Positions 23,030 through 35,115 of a DNA stretch of 64,000 bases are shown here, in pieces. The position numbers and the translations under genes were made by a program. The first letter of the stretch is position 1, and the number at the start of each line of letters is the position of its first letter. Origin of the DNA: Alloascoidea hylecoeti. Its lineage: Eukaryota. The notes below the pieces were generated by a model that worked only from the letters and a program-made list of their open reading frames with translations, did no database searches and was not told where the DNA came from. The stretch covers positions 310,001-374,000 of the forward strand of contig BCKZ01000006.1 of the NCBI GenBank assembly GCA_001600815.1, written 5' to 3'.

Positions 23030-24388
23030 TCTTATTTTTTTCCATTGCAAATATTTTATTTCACGTGATGATAACAAAAAGCTTAATTAGCTTTATAATT
23101 ATCAAGATACTGGAAAAAGAGTAAATTTAAGTGATTTATTTAATTATTATTTCATTTTTACACTCTTACATCTGCAGCATCGACTCTCCAATTCATTCCC
23201 GGAGTTGATCACAGCAGTTTTATGGTGTAAGGGCAGGTTCATTTTTGCTGATGATTCTTTTGCACACAATTGTTTTCAGATCCGGACTATAAATGCAGGC
23301 CATTCCCTTACTTGATGAAACTGGATTCTACCCTGGCTAGCAGTCAAGAAGTTTTCATGTTGAGTGACATATCAAAGTCTTAAATTGAATGGATCTGGGT
23401 CGTTATAATGTATCAGTTATTACGATCGACAGTTATCGTCCCGAAAGGGCCGACTTCATCAAGCCAGTAATGGAACAAAAGAACATCATCTCCAGATTTG
23501 CCGCCATTTGTATACCCCGTATCCTAGAATTCATCTTGTGTTGTTCAGGCCGTTTTGGTTGATATAAAACCAACCTAAAACGATTTAAAATCTTCGAGTC
23601 CTATTTAATCCCGAGTCTAATGATGAGATGGATGTATGAGATGAATGCTCATTTGATAAAAAAAGTCATTGATATGATGTCCTCGAAAACCCTGATTCGT
23701 TACCTGAAACATGCGCTGGATCGCCGTAAGGTACCGGTTGTAATATGAAGAGTTATGTGTGGGAGACCAGAAGGGTCTGATCCGTTTTCTATAAGAGAAA
23801 TTTATGGGAGAAAGGCAGAACAGGTTAATCTAAAATTCCCCACGAGATTACTCTTATCAGTGAACTATGGAACAGGAAAAGTTAGCAGATTGTTACAATA
23901 TTTAGTTTTCAAAAATTATTAATCGCGGTGAAAACTTTGATATCATGAATCAGGTTGTGTGCGAGCACCCATTGTGGTGTAACCTAGGTCCAGTACCTAC
24001 TACCTAGATGTTAACAATTAATCACTCTATTGTACTATTAGAAGGTTTATAGAATATGAAAGATACTTTCTATGTAAATATATTTTAGGTTTTCGAAGAA
24101 GGCTTGAATTTATTTTTTTACTACTTTTGTTGTGATATTTCACTCAAATTTAAAACTACAAATCTGGCAATATTGCATTATTAATTCAATCTTCAATCTA
24201 TTAAAAATTTTAGCACGAAGAATTGAAAAACGCTTTCAATTAATATTTATTTGCAATTGATTGATCAATGCCAACGTCTAGATCTGGTTGTAACTTGCAA
24301 CTCATAAATCATACATCCGAAAACCCACAGCCAATCATTAGAATCGATTTTCCCTATTCCCTTAAATTTTAGGAAAATCATAATCACA

Positions 24389-25090
24389 ATGAGTCCCCGA
24401 AACCGATTTTACGACGACGAGGAAACTGAGATCATAAGACTTCCCACTGAAAAGCTCGAGGCATCGTCTCCGTTTAAAGTCGCCCCAGAAGAAGACGCAC
24501 CTTTACCAACTGCTGAAGTTTTTCATATTCAAGCACCAGAACAAACACAACAAACTGTTAAATCTTTAAGACAATGGATTAATTCCAAAGCAAATGAATA
24601 TCAGTATAAAAGTAATAGAGCATACAACCACTATACGTCTGTTGGAAATAAAGTTATAAAAACAATTGCCGATTTAAAACATCAAGAAGAATCATTACTA
24701 CCATCTTCAATTTATGTGTTAACATCCACTCTTACTGGCTCAATTTTAACTAGAAACAAAGGAATTGCTCTTAGATTCATATCACCTTTATTCTTTGGTG
24801 TTTCTTCTTTTAAATACTTATTACCAAAAACCAGTACTAATATTGAATCTTTTATTTGGAAAGCTGAGAAAGAATATCTGGCACCAGAAGTTACCGAGAC
24901 ACAAACATCAATCAAAACAGGTTTGATTGATTTTAAACAAGCTTCCATTAATTACTGGGATAATTTTAATAGTTGTGTCACTAATCAAGTGAAATCAACA
25001 CGAAGGAGCTTGGCAGGTATGACTGACGGTATAAAAGAGGACCTTAAATTACCGGATGCTGTCGTTGAGTCCACGGCTAAAAAACAGTAA
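24389..25090 (+). CDS. MICOS subunit, ApoO family (Mic26/Mic27-like)
   Basis: RNRFYDDEE start; ESLLPSSIYVLTSTLTGSILTRNKGIALRFISPLFFG...YLLPKT ApoO core. Confidence 0.85.
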   Translation: MSPRNRFYDDEETEIIRLPTEKLEASSPFKVAPEEDAPLPTAEVFHIQAPEQTQQTVKSLRQWINSKANEYQYKSNRAYNHYTSVGNKVIKTIADLKHQEESLLPSSIYVLTSTLTGSILTRNKGIALRFISPLFFGVSSFKYLLPKTSTNIESFIWKAEKEYLAPEVTETQTSIKTGLIDFKQASINYWDNFNSCVTNQVKSTRRSLAGMTDGIKEDLKLPDAVVESTAKKQ

Positions 25091-26637
25091 AGAAGAAGTA
25101 TATTAGCAGATCTAGAGCTGACAATAGCTCTAAATTTGGTATAGAGACTACTGAATATTAGATTTATACTAACACTTTATAAGTACTATACTTGTTTATA
25201 TAGTTATATTTATTGGATTTATAAATATAGAAAACAAAAGTTAATATCAGTTGCATTTACGAATATTTCAGTTTTGTGTTCTTCTCAGCTGGCTCGTTAA
25301 TACAATGTCAATAAAAATAAATAGAATATTGATCTTAACTACATATCCAAATATCTAATCCCATGTGTCATATATCACGGAATACAATTATAATCACACA
25401 CATTACGCAATAAACCCCAAATTGCAATAAATACTTGAACGGTTAAACATTATACATTATCAATTTATGATGAAAAACTGGAAAAAACAAACATTCAGCC
25501 TTAGATGTTTAAATTTTGTCATGCCTCATACCATTCTTGGCACGGCAGGCGTTGATAAGATCTAGAACTCAGTTGCAATTGAGAATATAAAAGTAGTATA
25601 TAACGTCTGTAGGCTGTAGTTAAATTGAATGCGATTAATATGATAGACTAAATATAATTATTCACGCTAACCAAATATGGAAACATACGCGGCCTTAGTT
25701 GGAGATTTTGTTTAGTTTCATAACTTATGAAAATCAGCATTTTCTTTTTGCAAAAAGGTCATTAAACCTCGTATTTAAAGAAAAAAGTTTTGATAATTAT
25801 ATAATGTTATGAGATATTTTGGTATGCTACTATTATTTGGAATTGTAATACAAGTATCTCAATATATAAGTTAATGTTATACCCTTAAATATTGATTACC
25901 ATTTAACTACTCCACGGGCATCTGTAAGCCCTCTGGGATATGTATGGGGCTGCCCTGACAGGACAAACGTAACCGCATCCGAAGAGTGACCGCACTTAAT
26001 ACATATAAGCTTATAATCATGATCATGAGTAATATATAAGTATATATATATAATGTAACGTTGATGTGTTAGAATTATTAATGGCATACGCACATATAAT
26101 ACAGCCGAAAGTGCCAGCAGATATCAGTTTTCCGTATAGCCATAGCTCACATAAAAAGCAGCAAATTTTCGTAAAAGCAAGATTTAAAGGGTGGCTTGTC
26201 TTTTCACATCATCTTTATTGAGTTTAAACAACAATATTGATGGTATTACACATATCGATCGCGATATAGCGATATAAAGGATCTCAAAACTATCAAATCA
26301 AAGGGGAAAAGAATATAAATATTATCCATAAGTAAGAGTTTTATTTAAAAATAACAGGAACAATGAAATTGTTTAATTTATGGCCATAATCATAATCAGG
26401 CATATCTGTAGATTAAAATATAACTAACTTCTTCTCTGCAGTGCAGATGTAAGCGTAATTATAAAATAAATTTTGATATGCTAGCATCTAAGCTCATCAT
26501 TTATAATTTTAAAAAAGTACAAATATACCGCTATTTCTCTTTCCCTTATTTTCTTAAAAATTCTGACACTATAGCCTATAGACCTGCTATATCCCGCCGA
26601 AGTTCCATGCTAAGAGCGCTTTCCATAATAACATAAC

Positions 26638-28233
26638 ATGCATATTCATCAGATAAACTCACATTTGACTCAAAATCGGGAGGAAATAATGTCACTCCAG
26701 CTCGGGCCTTGTGCCAAATCAACTACTTTAGGGAACATTATGACCGAATATCCTTTTTGTGCTGAGGCAAACATCATTTCATTAACTACTATTCCCGACG
26801 AAATATTACTAAACATAATAAGATTTATATCTCTGAAAGATATTTCTCTACTTTCCATAGTAAGCGCCGAAATGATATCTCGGTTTACTGATAGTTTCTA
26901 TCATCAAATATTAAAGTCGAGAAATAAATACATCACGAAACAAGATAATGAAACCTGGAGGTTTGTGTTCAAAGGTCTTTTAAATCAATATCCTAAACGA
27001 AGGATAAAAGTTGAACCCCACTATAATTCATCATCATCAGATACGGGAACAGTGTGGAGATGGGCAAAAAACACACTCCCTCCTTGCCCTATAGACCCAA
27101 TAATTATTATAAACGACTCTAGTGTTGTATGCTCAACTGTCCGTATTATTGACCCAAATACAAATGTTGAAGATACCGTTATGGCTATCAGAAATAAAAG
27201 TGATAATCGCTTAGGTGTGCTGAAGTCGGATTCTCATTGGACTCTTGTTAATTTTAAAGCTGGTAAGATTGAAATTACCAAAAACAGGGAATATATTAAG
27301 CCGTTTCCTGAAAAGTTCGAGCCCACTTTAAAACATAAAAGAGTTTCATCCGTTGAATTGTTTGATCAAACAGTTTTGGAAAATCCGAGCAGAGACAGTT
27401 TTACATCAAGTGACGAAACGACCGAATGGATAATTGAAAAAAATGTTAGATTTTATGGTGGTGTGCCATTATGTTGTTCATTCGGTAATACATTATATTG
27501 CGTTTTTAGAAATGATTGCCATAAATTTGAATCTGTTTTCGTTGTAGCATATCAAAGAAAAAATAACAATGAAGTTTGCGAAAAAATTTGGGAAACGAAG
27601 TTTCTTGAAAAATTCTATATCAATCAAAAAATTAGAGATTTTGGTTGTATATCAAGGATGGTCGCAAATAATAATTATTTATTCATAGCGACGAGAAATA
27701 ATCCCGAAAAAACTAATTATTTGATTATATTGGATAGAGTTACAGGCAAGATAATCGGCTTACAAAAAGATGCCTTTCTTGGTCGTGTAGGTCAGTTACA
27801 TGGAACTAGTCATCATTTATTAATGGCTAGTAATGGTTCATTTAGAAGGATTAGAAATGAAACTAAAGAACATGAGCTAGAAATATGGGTTATTTCAATT
27901 CAAGATATTATCGATTCTGCTAATACTAGTCCTAATGGAATAACAGAAGCAAATATTAAAGATTATAGTGTTTTTATGTTCAGCGAATCAGTATATTTTG
28001 GCGGCATTCATCATTCCCCTGATGAAAGATATATTGCCATTAAATTACAGGTTGGAGATGGAATCATGTTACTAGATACCTTCACACATAGATCGATCAG
28101 CTATTTACACAATCCAATAAGAAGAGGTGATTGGATAATTGATAATAATTTAAATGTATATACATTGGAAAAAGACTACCTATTGCAATTAGTTGAAAAA
28201 GTTTCTCAGATTAAAAAAGTTGATATATTTTAA
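26638..28233 (+). CDS. Lineage-specific F-box protein
   Basis: LTTIPDEILLNIIRFISLKDISLLSIVS F-box near the N-terminus, followed by a beta-rich region. Start codon uncertain (three early ATGs). Confidence 0.7.
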   Translation: MHIHQINSHLTQNREEIMSLQLGPCAKSTTLGNIMTEYPFCAEANIISLTTIPDEILLNIIRFISLKDISLLSIVSAEMISRFTDSFYHQILKSRNKYITKQDNETWRFVFKGLLNQYPKRRIKVEPHYNSSSSDTGTVWRWAKNTLPPCPIDPIIIINDSSVVCSTVRIIDPNTNVEDTVMAIRNKSDNRLGVLKSDSHWTLVNFKAGKIEITKNREYIKPFPEKFEPTLKHKRVSSVELFDQTVLENPSRDSFTSSDETTEWIIEKNVRFYGGVPLCCSFGNTLYCVFRNDCHKFESVFVVAYQRKNNNEVCEKIWETKFLEKFYINQKIRDFGCISRMVANNNYLFIATRNNPEKTNYLIILDRVTGKIIGLQKDAFLGRVGQLHGTSHHLLMASNGSFRRIRNETKEHELEIWVISIQDIIDSANTSPNGITEANIKDYSVFMFSESVYFGGIHHSPDERYIAIKLQVGDGIMLLDTFTHRSISYLHNPIRRGDWIIDNNLNVYTLEKDYLLQLVEKVSQIKKVDIF

Positions 28234-28580
28234 GTCTCATTAAAAAGATAAGTTTGATTGATATTAGTTTAAATCTTGATTTCTACGATATAGTAATTAG
28301 CATAGTAAGCTTCTTTCTTCTTATTTATGATTTTATATTTTTTTATTACTTTACTAATAGTATTCTTTGTCATATACATACATATATATAATTTGAATTT
28401 AATTTTGTATTTATAATCTATATCATGTTAAGCGTAAATATATTAATTCGAAGTCGAATCAGAAAGAAAAATACAAGATAATCAAGAAATCAAGAAATCA
28501 AAATGAATGCACAAACATAAAGAAATAAAAAGTTGATAATTAGTTACACAGGTATTACCATATTAATTATTAATATTTCG

Positions 28581-30761
28581 TTAAAATAAGAAATTATAAA
28601 TGCCTTTTAATATATCAAAAAGTGGTTTAAATATTTTAAACGTTGCTTCCCATAGTAATATAATTTTATGACAAAACCAAATCAGCGCTAAAATTTCAAT
28701 TGCTAAAACCAAGAGTATAATTCCTGGATGCTTGTCACGAACAGATTCAATTGGAGCTGAAAAGTAACTCAGATATGGATGCAAATGGCATGTTTTAATA
28801 AAAAGATCATATATTGGAACCCACCAAACCGATTTTTGAACTTCTTGTTTACCCTTTGACTTTGATCTAGAGCTAACGGATGATTTTAAGAATTTTGGTA
28901 AAATTGGCTGAGCTATGATGTCGTTTTCCATTTGAGTTAATGATAGTTCATCATTGTTAAGTCTGGATGTTGTGTAAACCGAAGTTTTTGGAGTTTTTGA
29001 TTTATGTTTATCTTTTATTGAAACAGCCTTCAATGAATCTTCCTTACTTTTTGAATTTTTTTTTGAATCTGATTTTTTGCCATGTGATTTGGAATTCAAT
29101 TTAGGATTACCACCTTGATTATCATCGACGTTAACTGTAGCTACATCTGGAGAAGAAATGTTGGTGAAAGCACGCTTCACTGGTTTCCATAGAAAACTAA
29201 TTGGCTTTTTATTATCTGCTCTAGATACTTGCTCCAATCTAACAATATTGACATTGCGATTGGTGTCAGTCTTGGAATCTCTGGATCCAGTACTATCCTT
29301 TTCATTTGGATTTATGGAATAAGCTTGTTTAATTTTTGATTTCGAGCTTTTATTCGAATCACTTAAAGGTTTATTTTTTTTCACTTCTTTAGGGAAAATA
29401 ACTGGGTCAACTTTCATAATCTCATTTAATTCTTTTAGTCCGAGTTGATGCGCTTCATCAACTCCTATATTTTTTAAAGACCCACCTTTATACTGTCGAT
29501 AGTGTGCGGATTCTTTTTTCACCTGGATTTTAATGTTTCTCATAGGAGTACCAGAGGATGCCGTTTCAAAATCAGTGTAAGTGACTTGGACGTTTGGTAA
29601 AACCTTTTTGAGCCCCATTTTGAGTTTTTTACTTAAATTTTCAGTTTTGTCTTCGGTTTCAAATGCAAAGTCTATAATAGATTCAACGGAATCTTTCTTT
29701 TTTGATTGATCCAAGGCAACTGATGGACTTTGTTGATTGTTATTTGGGTCTGCAGTCGGTCTCGCAGTGTTTAGTTTTGAATTCAACTCTCCAGAAGAAT
29801 AAGTGCTATAATTATAATGCTTCATTTTTGAAATTGGTCCTGTAGTTAAATAATTATTACTGGGCTTATTAATAGTTGAAACTGTTTCACCCCCCAAAGT
29901 TGTCAGCATTTTCTTATCCTTGATACTATTTTTGCTCTCAAATGTATAGTTGGAATGTCCACTGTCTACTCTTGCAATTGACTTACTGCGGTTGAAATTT
30001 GAATCGCTTACAACTGATATTTCCCTTTTACCTTTTGTTATTGTGTCTTGGAAATTTAAAGTTTGCAATTGGGTTTGTTTTTCATTCTTGTTGGTCTCCG
30101 ATTGATACCTGCCACCAGAATTAATATTAGCTTTGGAGGGGTCATGAGAATTTTTTGCATTCCCTAAATTATCATGCAGGTATGACAAGAAATGATTTTG
30201 ATTCTTATCGGAATCTTTTAATTGAACATGATCACTGAACTTTTGGTTCGGAAGTAAAACTCCTTGATCAAAATCTGGATAAGGTAATTTTCGACAAATT
30301 TTAATGCTATTGTTGCTGTCAAAACTATTATTCCTTGATATTGTGTTTGTCTGCAATTTGTAATCCTTTATATGATCTTGAAGATAATTAATGAAAGTCT
30401 CATCGTAGGTATAATCATTAGATTTCTCATTCTCAGCATTGGTATAGAGTTGTTCTCCTTTTAAAGATCTGTTATAATCATACGCATCTTCATATGCATA
30501 GTTATTATAATACTGATTTTGAAAATGCTCACTATTAATCTGTTTTTGTTGATGTCTTTGTTTTTGTATATTTATTTGATCTTTATATGCCGCTTCCTTT
30601 TGTTTTCTGATCCTATTAAATATAGGATTTTCTATTACTGGTTCTTGATATTTATTATATTGATGAAGTTGATTATTATTATATGCTAGACCATTTCGTT
30701 GTTGACGTATCTCTTCTCTGGTGTATAAATTGATATGGGACATGACAAATAAGTCTAGCAA
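28581..30761 (-). CDS. Hypothetical protein, N/Q/S/K-rich, with a C-terminal transmembrane segment
   Basis: 726-codon ORF (first ATG at 30743); hydrophobic IILLVLAIEILALIWF near the C-terminus. Family not recognised. Confidence 0.75.
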   Translation of the reverse strand: MLDLFVMSHINLYTREEIRQQRNGLAYNNNQLHQYNKYQEPVIENPIFNRIRKQKEAAYKDQINIQKQRHQQKQINSEHFQNQYYNNYAYEDAYDYNRSLKGEQLYTNAENEKSNDYTYDETFINYLQDHIKDYKLQTNTISRNNSFDSNNSIKICRKLPYPDFDQGVLLPNQKFSDHVQLKDSDKNQNHFLSYLHDNLGNAKNSHDPSKANINSGGRYQSETNKNEKQTQLQTLNFQDTITKGKREISVVSDSNFNRSKSIARVDSGHSNYTFESKNSIKDKKMLTTLGGETVSTINKPSNNYLTTGPISKMKHYNYSTYSSGELNSKLNTARPTADPNNNQQSPSVALDQSKKKDSVESIIDFAFETEDKTENLSKKLKMGLKKVLPNVQVTYTDFETASSGTPMRNIKIQVKKESAHYRQYKGGSLKNIGVDEAHQLGLKELNEIMKVDPVIFPKEVKKNKPLSDSNKSSKSKIKQAYSINPNEKDSTGSRDSKTDTNRNVNIVRLEQVSRADNKKPISFLWKPVKRAFTNISSPDVATVNVDDNQGGNPKLNSKSHGKKSDSKKNSKSKEDSLKAVSIKDKHKSKTPKTSVYTTSRLNNDELSLTQMENDIIAQPILPKFLKSSVSSRSKSKGKQEVQKSVWWVPIYDLFIKTCHLHPYLSYFSAPIESVRDKHPGIILLVLAIEILALIWFCHKIILLWEATFKIFKPLFDILKGIYNFLF

Positions 30762-31865
30762 CTTAGACTAGAGATATTTTTACTTTAAGGATGCTAGAAA
30801 TAGGATGTAAGTCGGAGCTAAGTATTATGAAGAATAAGAAATTTTAGGCAAATCCTCAATATATATTGTAATTACAGCATACGCTATAAGGTATTTGAGC
30901 CAATTATAGTGAAATAATCAAGAAAACTATAAGTATATAATCCCGTGACAATTTCAAGTATTTGATTAGTTTTTAATTCTGTCTTTATGAGTGTTTTATA
31001 TGTTTTTCTGAACATATTGTGTGAGGAAAATAAGAGCGGCTATAGATCTACAACTGCAGCTAACGATGGAAGCATGCATACAGAAGAGGCTGGCAATACC
31101 TCATTAGGCATATTGCATATATATCAGATTAATAGCCACACAAGGATAGTATACCTAAACATGTTAATCAACAAATATCTTTCACAACCTTTTGATTAAT
31201 CCTCTCAAAATATACTGCCAATATCTTGTGTCTTGTTTTTCCTTGAGAAATAGGGAGATTTGTTCCACTTGAGACTCATTTCAATATCAATGTTATAGTT
31301 TTCCTTTAGCGTGAAACATGCATATACCTATTTAAGATTGGCAGATATTTATGTGCAGCTGGAATACAAATTAGGAAATAAAAAGTAAGTTTCTGCATCT
31401 AAAATACCTTATCAGTCATACAGTCGTTTGTTATTTTGTGAAGGAAAAAGATTGGTGCATAATTTGTATCAATTAATCTTTTTTGGAGCCGAAGGAGTAC
31501 AATTGATGTTGTAGAACAATCATCGCCCAACTAATATAATTTCAATACCGTAATCGCAGGATTGGAAATAATAAGAACTTCAAATTTGAGCTTCACCGAC
31601 ATGTAATAAGCATTAAAGTCTAAAGGTTTAAAGAACTATGATAATAATTATGTCGAACCCAAAAATAAGATATCAATATTAATGTACGTATATTAACACA
31701 ATGGTGTCTGACATTTCCCTCCTTATAGCTATATTATAGAGAGCTGATTATACCATAGGCCTATACTATATAAGTAATAATGAATACACTATTAGTTTTA
31801 TTCGGATAATTTGGTTAAACATTATTATGTATCGATCATAAATCCACGAATGTGTAATATTAATG

Positions 31866-33698
31866 CTAATGAATTGAACTTATGATTACTCCCACTATCC
31901 ACACAGGTAGCCACCCAAGAAGTATTATACCCCAAGTCCATACTTGCATTCCTTGCCAACCCCATATTAAACCTTGTATTAACTCTTGAGGCCCTTTAAA
32001 GAAGTAAAACCCAATTACAACCAGTGCAGTGAACGGATTTGATAAAAGAGATAAGAGTATATTTAATCTAGTTCTTTTTGATGGAATCTTTGAAACAACT
32101 GGGGTTGCTGTATTAGTAATTTCTGTGATTTTATCACTTTCTTCTTTTGTTGGTTTTGAAATTTTAAGTGGGTCTTCCTTATCTAGTCTAATAAGCTGTA
32201 ATGGTAGTGTAATAGTACCAATAAGAAGTGATAATGAAAAATTCAATAAGGCAAGTGTTGTTAATAAAAGACTAAAATAAATAAGTGATATTATCTGTAG
32301 TTTTATTGCTGAGTCTTTTGATATTTCCAATTTTAATCCGGGTATATGAAGATTCAAAATGATTGGAGTAATTGTAGTAGCAGTAAATAATCCAATTAAT
32401 ATTTGCGATCCTTGATTTGTTGGTAATTCCAATGTTATCCAGAATAAGACAACACAACTAACTATTATTGATGTAAATATTGAAATTGATTTACCTAAAC
32501 CTTTTGCTAAATTTTCTTCAGTTATATATTTTGAGGAATTTGTATAATTAGTAAGCCATATTGAGAAAGCCATAATGGAGAAACCAACAGATATTAATAT
32601 AGCACATACTAAATATGTTCCAATACTAATGAAATTGACTGGTGTAATTAATAAATAAAAAAAGAATGATTGATGGAATTTTTCAAGTAAATTATTAATT
32701 GATCTAAATGTTGATTCAACAATTCTTCCAAATGTTGTAATATCGGCAAACCCTTCATTACCAACTGCTTTTATTGTAATTGCGTTAATTCTCCATCCAC
32801 TAAATGCTTCACAACCTGGACCAGGTTCCAAACCAGCTTTAGCTAAAGACCAAACACCTTTTAATAAAGTTGTTAAACGATTTCCAAAATACTCATTGCT
32901 AACATCTCTATTTTGAACAACACGTTTCAAACCTTCATTTCTTGCAACCAACATGGCTGTATTTAATAAATCTAAATTTGGTAATTGACCATTTAATCCT
33001 TCATAGAAATAATCAACTCTTGAAAAATAATCTGCATTTGATGGATAATCAACAACTATCGCTCCTTCAATATCTCCAGCAGTTAAATCTAATTCGGTAT
33101 GATAAGCTTCAACCCATTTTCTTAAAGAGATATAACTATCAGTTGGGAAAACAACGATTATATTTTTTGCCCAAACAGACCATCTTTGGAAAAATCTTGC
33201 TAATGTAATACCTAACGCAATTCCACCAATATTGAATTCCCCATCACTATTCACCCATGGTGCACATAAAACCATTGCTTCAGCATCATCACCTCTTGGA
33301 GCATGTAAAACACCATAAACATTTTTACCACTTAAATGATTATCCGTATGATTAAAATCCCATTTATGAATTGCAGTCTTATAGCTTATATCTTTTAACC
33401 AGCTCTCGACAATTGCGATTCTTTCATCTTCTGTTGAGTTAACTAACTTTTCGACTTCATTCCTATAACCTCTTAAAATATTCCATTCACTCTCTCGAAA
33501 ATAACTAAATGCTTGAGATGGCATAAGAGCATTTTCACTAATATATGTATGACGATACATATCTCTAGATGCCAGATTTGCAAACCAACCAATTCCACCT
33601 AATGACATTGCAACAACAACAAAAGGTAGAAATTTTACTATTAAGGGCATCAACCCCCACTTATTTATTTTAACCCTGATTGTTTCTACCAAAGCCAT
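31866..33698 (-). CDS. GAA1: GPI transamidase subunit Gaa1
   Basis: YRHTYISENALMPSQA, APRGDDAEAMVL, YEGLNGQLPNLDL, RSINNLLEKFHQSFFFY and multiple TM helices. Confidence 0.95.
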   Translation of the reverse strand: MALVETIRVKINKWGLMPLIVKFLPFVVVAMSLGGIGWFANLASRDMYRHTYISENALMPSQAFSYFRESEWNILRGYRNEVEKLVNSTEDERIAIVESWLKDISYKTAIHKWDFNHTDNHLSGKNVYGVLHAPRGDDAEAMVLCAPWVNSDGEFNIGGIALGITLARFFQRWSVWAKNIIVVFPTDSYISLRKWVEAYHTELDLTAGDIEGAIVVDYPSNADYFSRVDYFYEGLNGQLPNLDLLNTAMLVARNEGLKRVVQNRDVSNEYFGNRLTTLLKGVWSLAKAGLEPGPGCEAFSGWRINAITIKAVGNEGFADITTFGRIVESTFRSINNLLEKFHQSFFFYLLITPVNFISIGTYLVCAILISVGFSIMAFSIWLTNYTNSSKYITEENLAKGLGKSISIFTSIIVSCVVLFWITLELPTNQGSQILIGLFTATTITPIILNLHIPGLKLEISKDSAIKLQIISLIYFSLLLTTLALLNFSLSLLIGTITLPLQLIRLDKEDPLKISKPTKEESDKITEITNTATPVVSKIPSKRTRLNILLSLLSNPFTALVVIGFYFFKGPQELIQGLIWGWQGMQVWTWGIILLGWLPVWIVGVIISSIH

Positions 33699-33857
33699 TT
33701 TTCTAAAATCGGTTTAAATTTGTTTTGGTGAATACAAATAAAGTGAAAGTCGTAAAAGAAGGTGTCCTCGAAAATTACCCGGACATGATGATATTTTATT
33801 AACATATTTTTATATTTTTCTTATTGAGTCTTTAAAAAAATCATTTGATAATCAACA

Positions 33858-34997
33858 ATGAAAATCGTCAAACAATCACTCGATAATCGACTAGCAGGTT
33901 CATTCACTATTATACCGGAGGATGATAATGATATATGGGTTTTATATAATGTTATTTTCAGCTCGGATCAAATCGCTTTAACAACCATGAGAAATATCAA
34001 AACACAATTAACTGAGACCCGATTTAAAAAAGAAAAGAAATATATTAGATTAAAATTAGATGTTCAAGCAGTTGATTATTTACCTGGTGAAGGTGATATG
34101 AGGATAAAAGGTCAAGTTATTGATGAAAATCCTTATGTTTCAACTGGTTCATTTCATACAGCTACTGTCGAATTAAACAGACCAATAACAATATTTAAAA
34201 AAGAATGGGACACTATTATGATGCAATCATTAGCAGATGCTGGTAAATCAGAAGACAGAGCAGAAATTGGAGCTGTTGTTATGGAAGAAGGATTTGCACA
34301 TGTTTGCATTATTACGAATAATATGACATTATTGAAACAAAAAGTTGAAAAGAAAATTGCAAAAAAAAGAAGAGGTGACATTCGTGGTCATGAAGAAGAT
34401 TTAAAGAAATTTTATAACCATGTCTATAATGCAGTTATAAAACATTTGGATTTTGAAAAATTAAAGGTTATAATAATTGCAAGTCCTGGTTTTACTGCTG
34501 AGAATTTTTATAATGTTTTATTAACGAATTTAATAAATAATAAACCAATTTTACAAGCGGCAAGGCAAAAAGTTGTTGTTGCTCATAGTTCAACGGGTTA
34601 TTTACAAGGTTTAGAGGAAGCTATGGCAGACCCAGATATTTCGAAAAGATTAGTTGACACAAAATATTCTAATGATACTCAAGCAATGGAAGACTTTTTA
34701 GATATGTTAGGGAAAGATGACACTAGAGCATGGTACGGACAAAAAGAAGTTGAGAAAGCAATAGCTGATTCTGCAGTTCAAGAATTACTTATAACAGATA
34801 CATTATTTCGATCCAACGATATTGATCAAAGGAAACATTTTATTGAAGTGAAAGAACAGGTTGAAAATGCGGGTGGAAAAGTGCACGTATTAAGTAGTCA
34901 GCATGCTAGCGGTCAACATTTAGATAACTTAACAGGAATAGCTGCTATTTTACGGTATCCGATGTATGATTTGGATGAGTCTGATATTGAGGAATAA
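33858..34997 (+). CDS. DOM34: Ribosome rescue factor Dom34/Pelota
   Basis: IPEDDNDIWVLYN, GSFHT, KKEWD, IIASPGF, AWYG, SGQHLDNLTGIAAILRYP. Confidence 0.95.
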   Translation: MKIVKQSLDNRLAGSFTIIPEDDNDIWVLYNVIFSSDQIALTTMRNIKTQLTETRFKKEKKYIRLKLDVQAVDYLPGEGDMRIKGQVIDENPYVSTGSFHTATVELNRPITIFKKEWDTIMMQSLADAGKSEDRAEIGAVVMEEGFAHVCIITNNMTLLKQKVEKKIAKKRRGDIRGHEEDLKKFYNHVYNAVIKHLDFEKLKVIIIASPGFTAENFYNVLLTNLINNKPILQAARQKVVVAHSSTGYLQGLEEAMADPDISKRLVDTKYSNDTQAMEDFLDMLGKDDTRAWYGQKEVEKAIADSAVQELLITDTLFRSNDIDQRKHFIEVKEQVENAGGKVHVLSSQHASGQHLDNLTGIAAILRYPMYDLDESDIEE

Positions 34998-35115
34998 AAA
35001 TTAAATAGGAAATAAAAATTGTTTAAATATATACATTTTATCACTAATTTAGCATTAAGTATTTAACTTCGGATTTCAGGGTCATCTAGAATCCTATAAT
35101 GAAGTATAAATCTAC

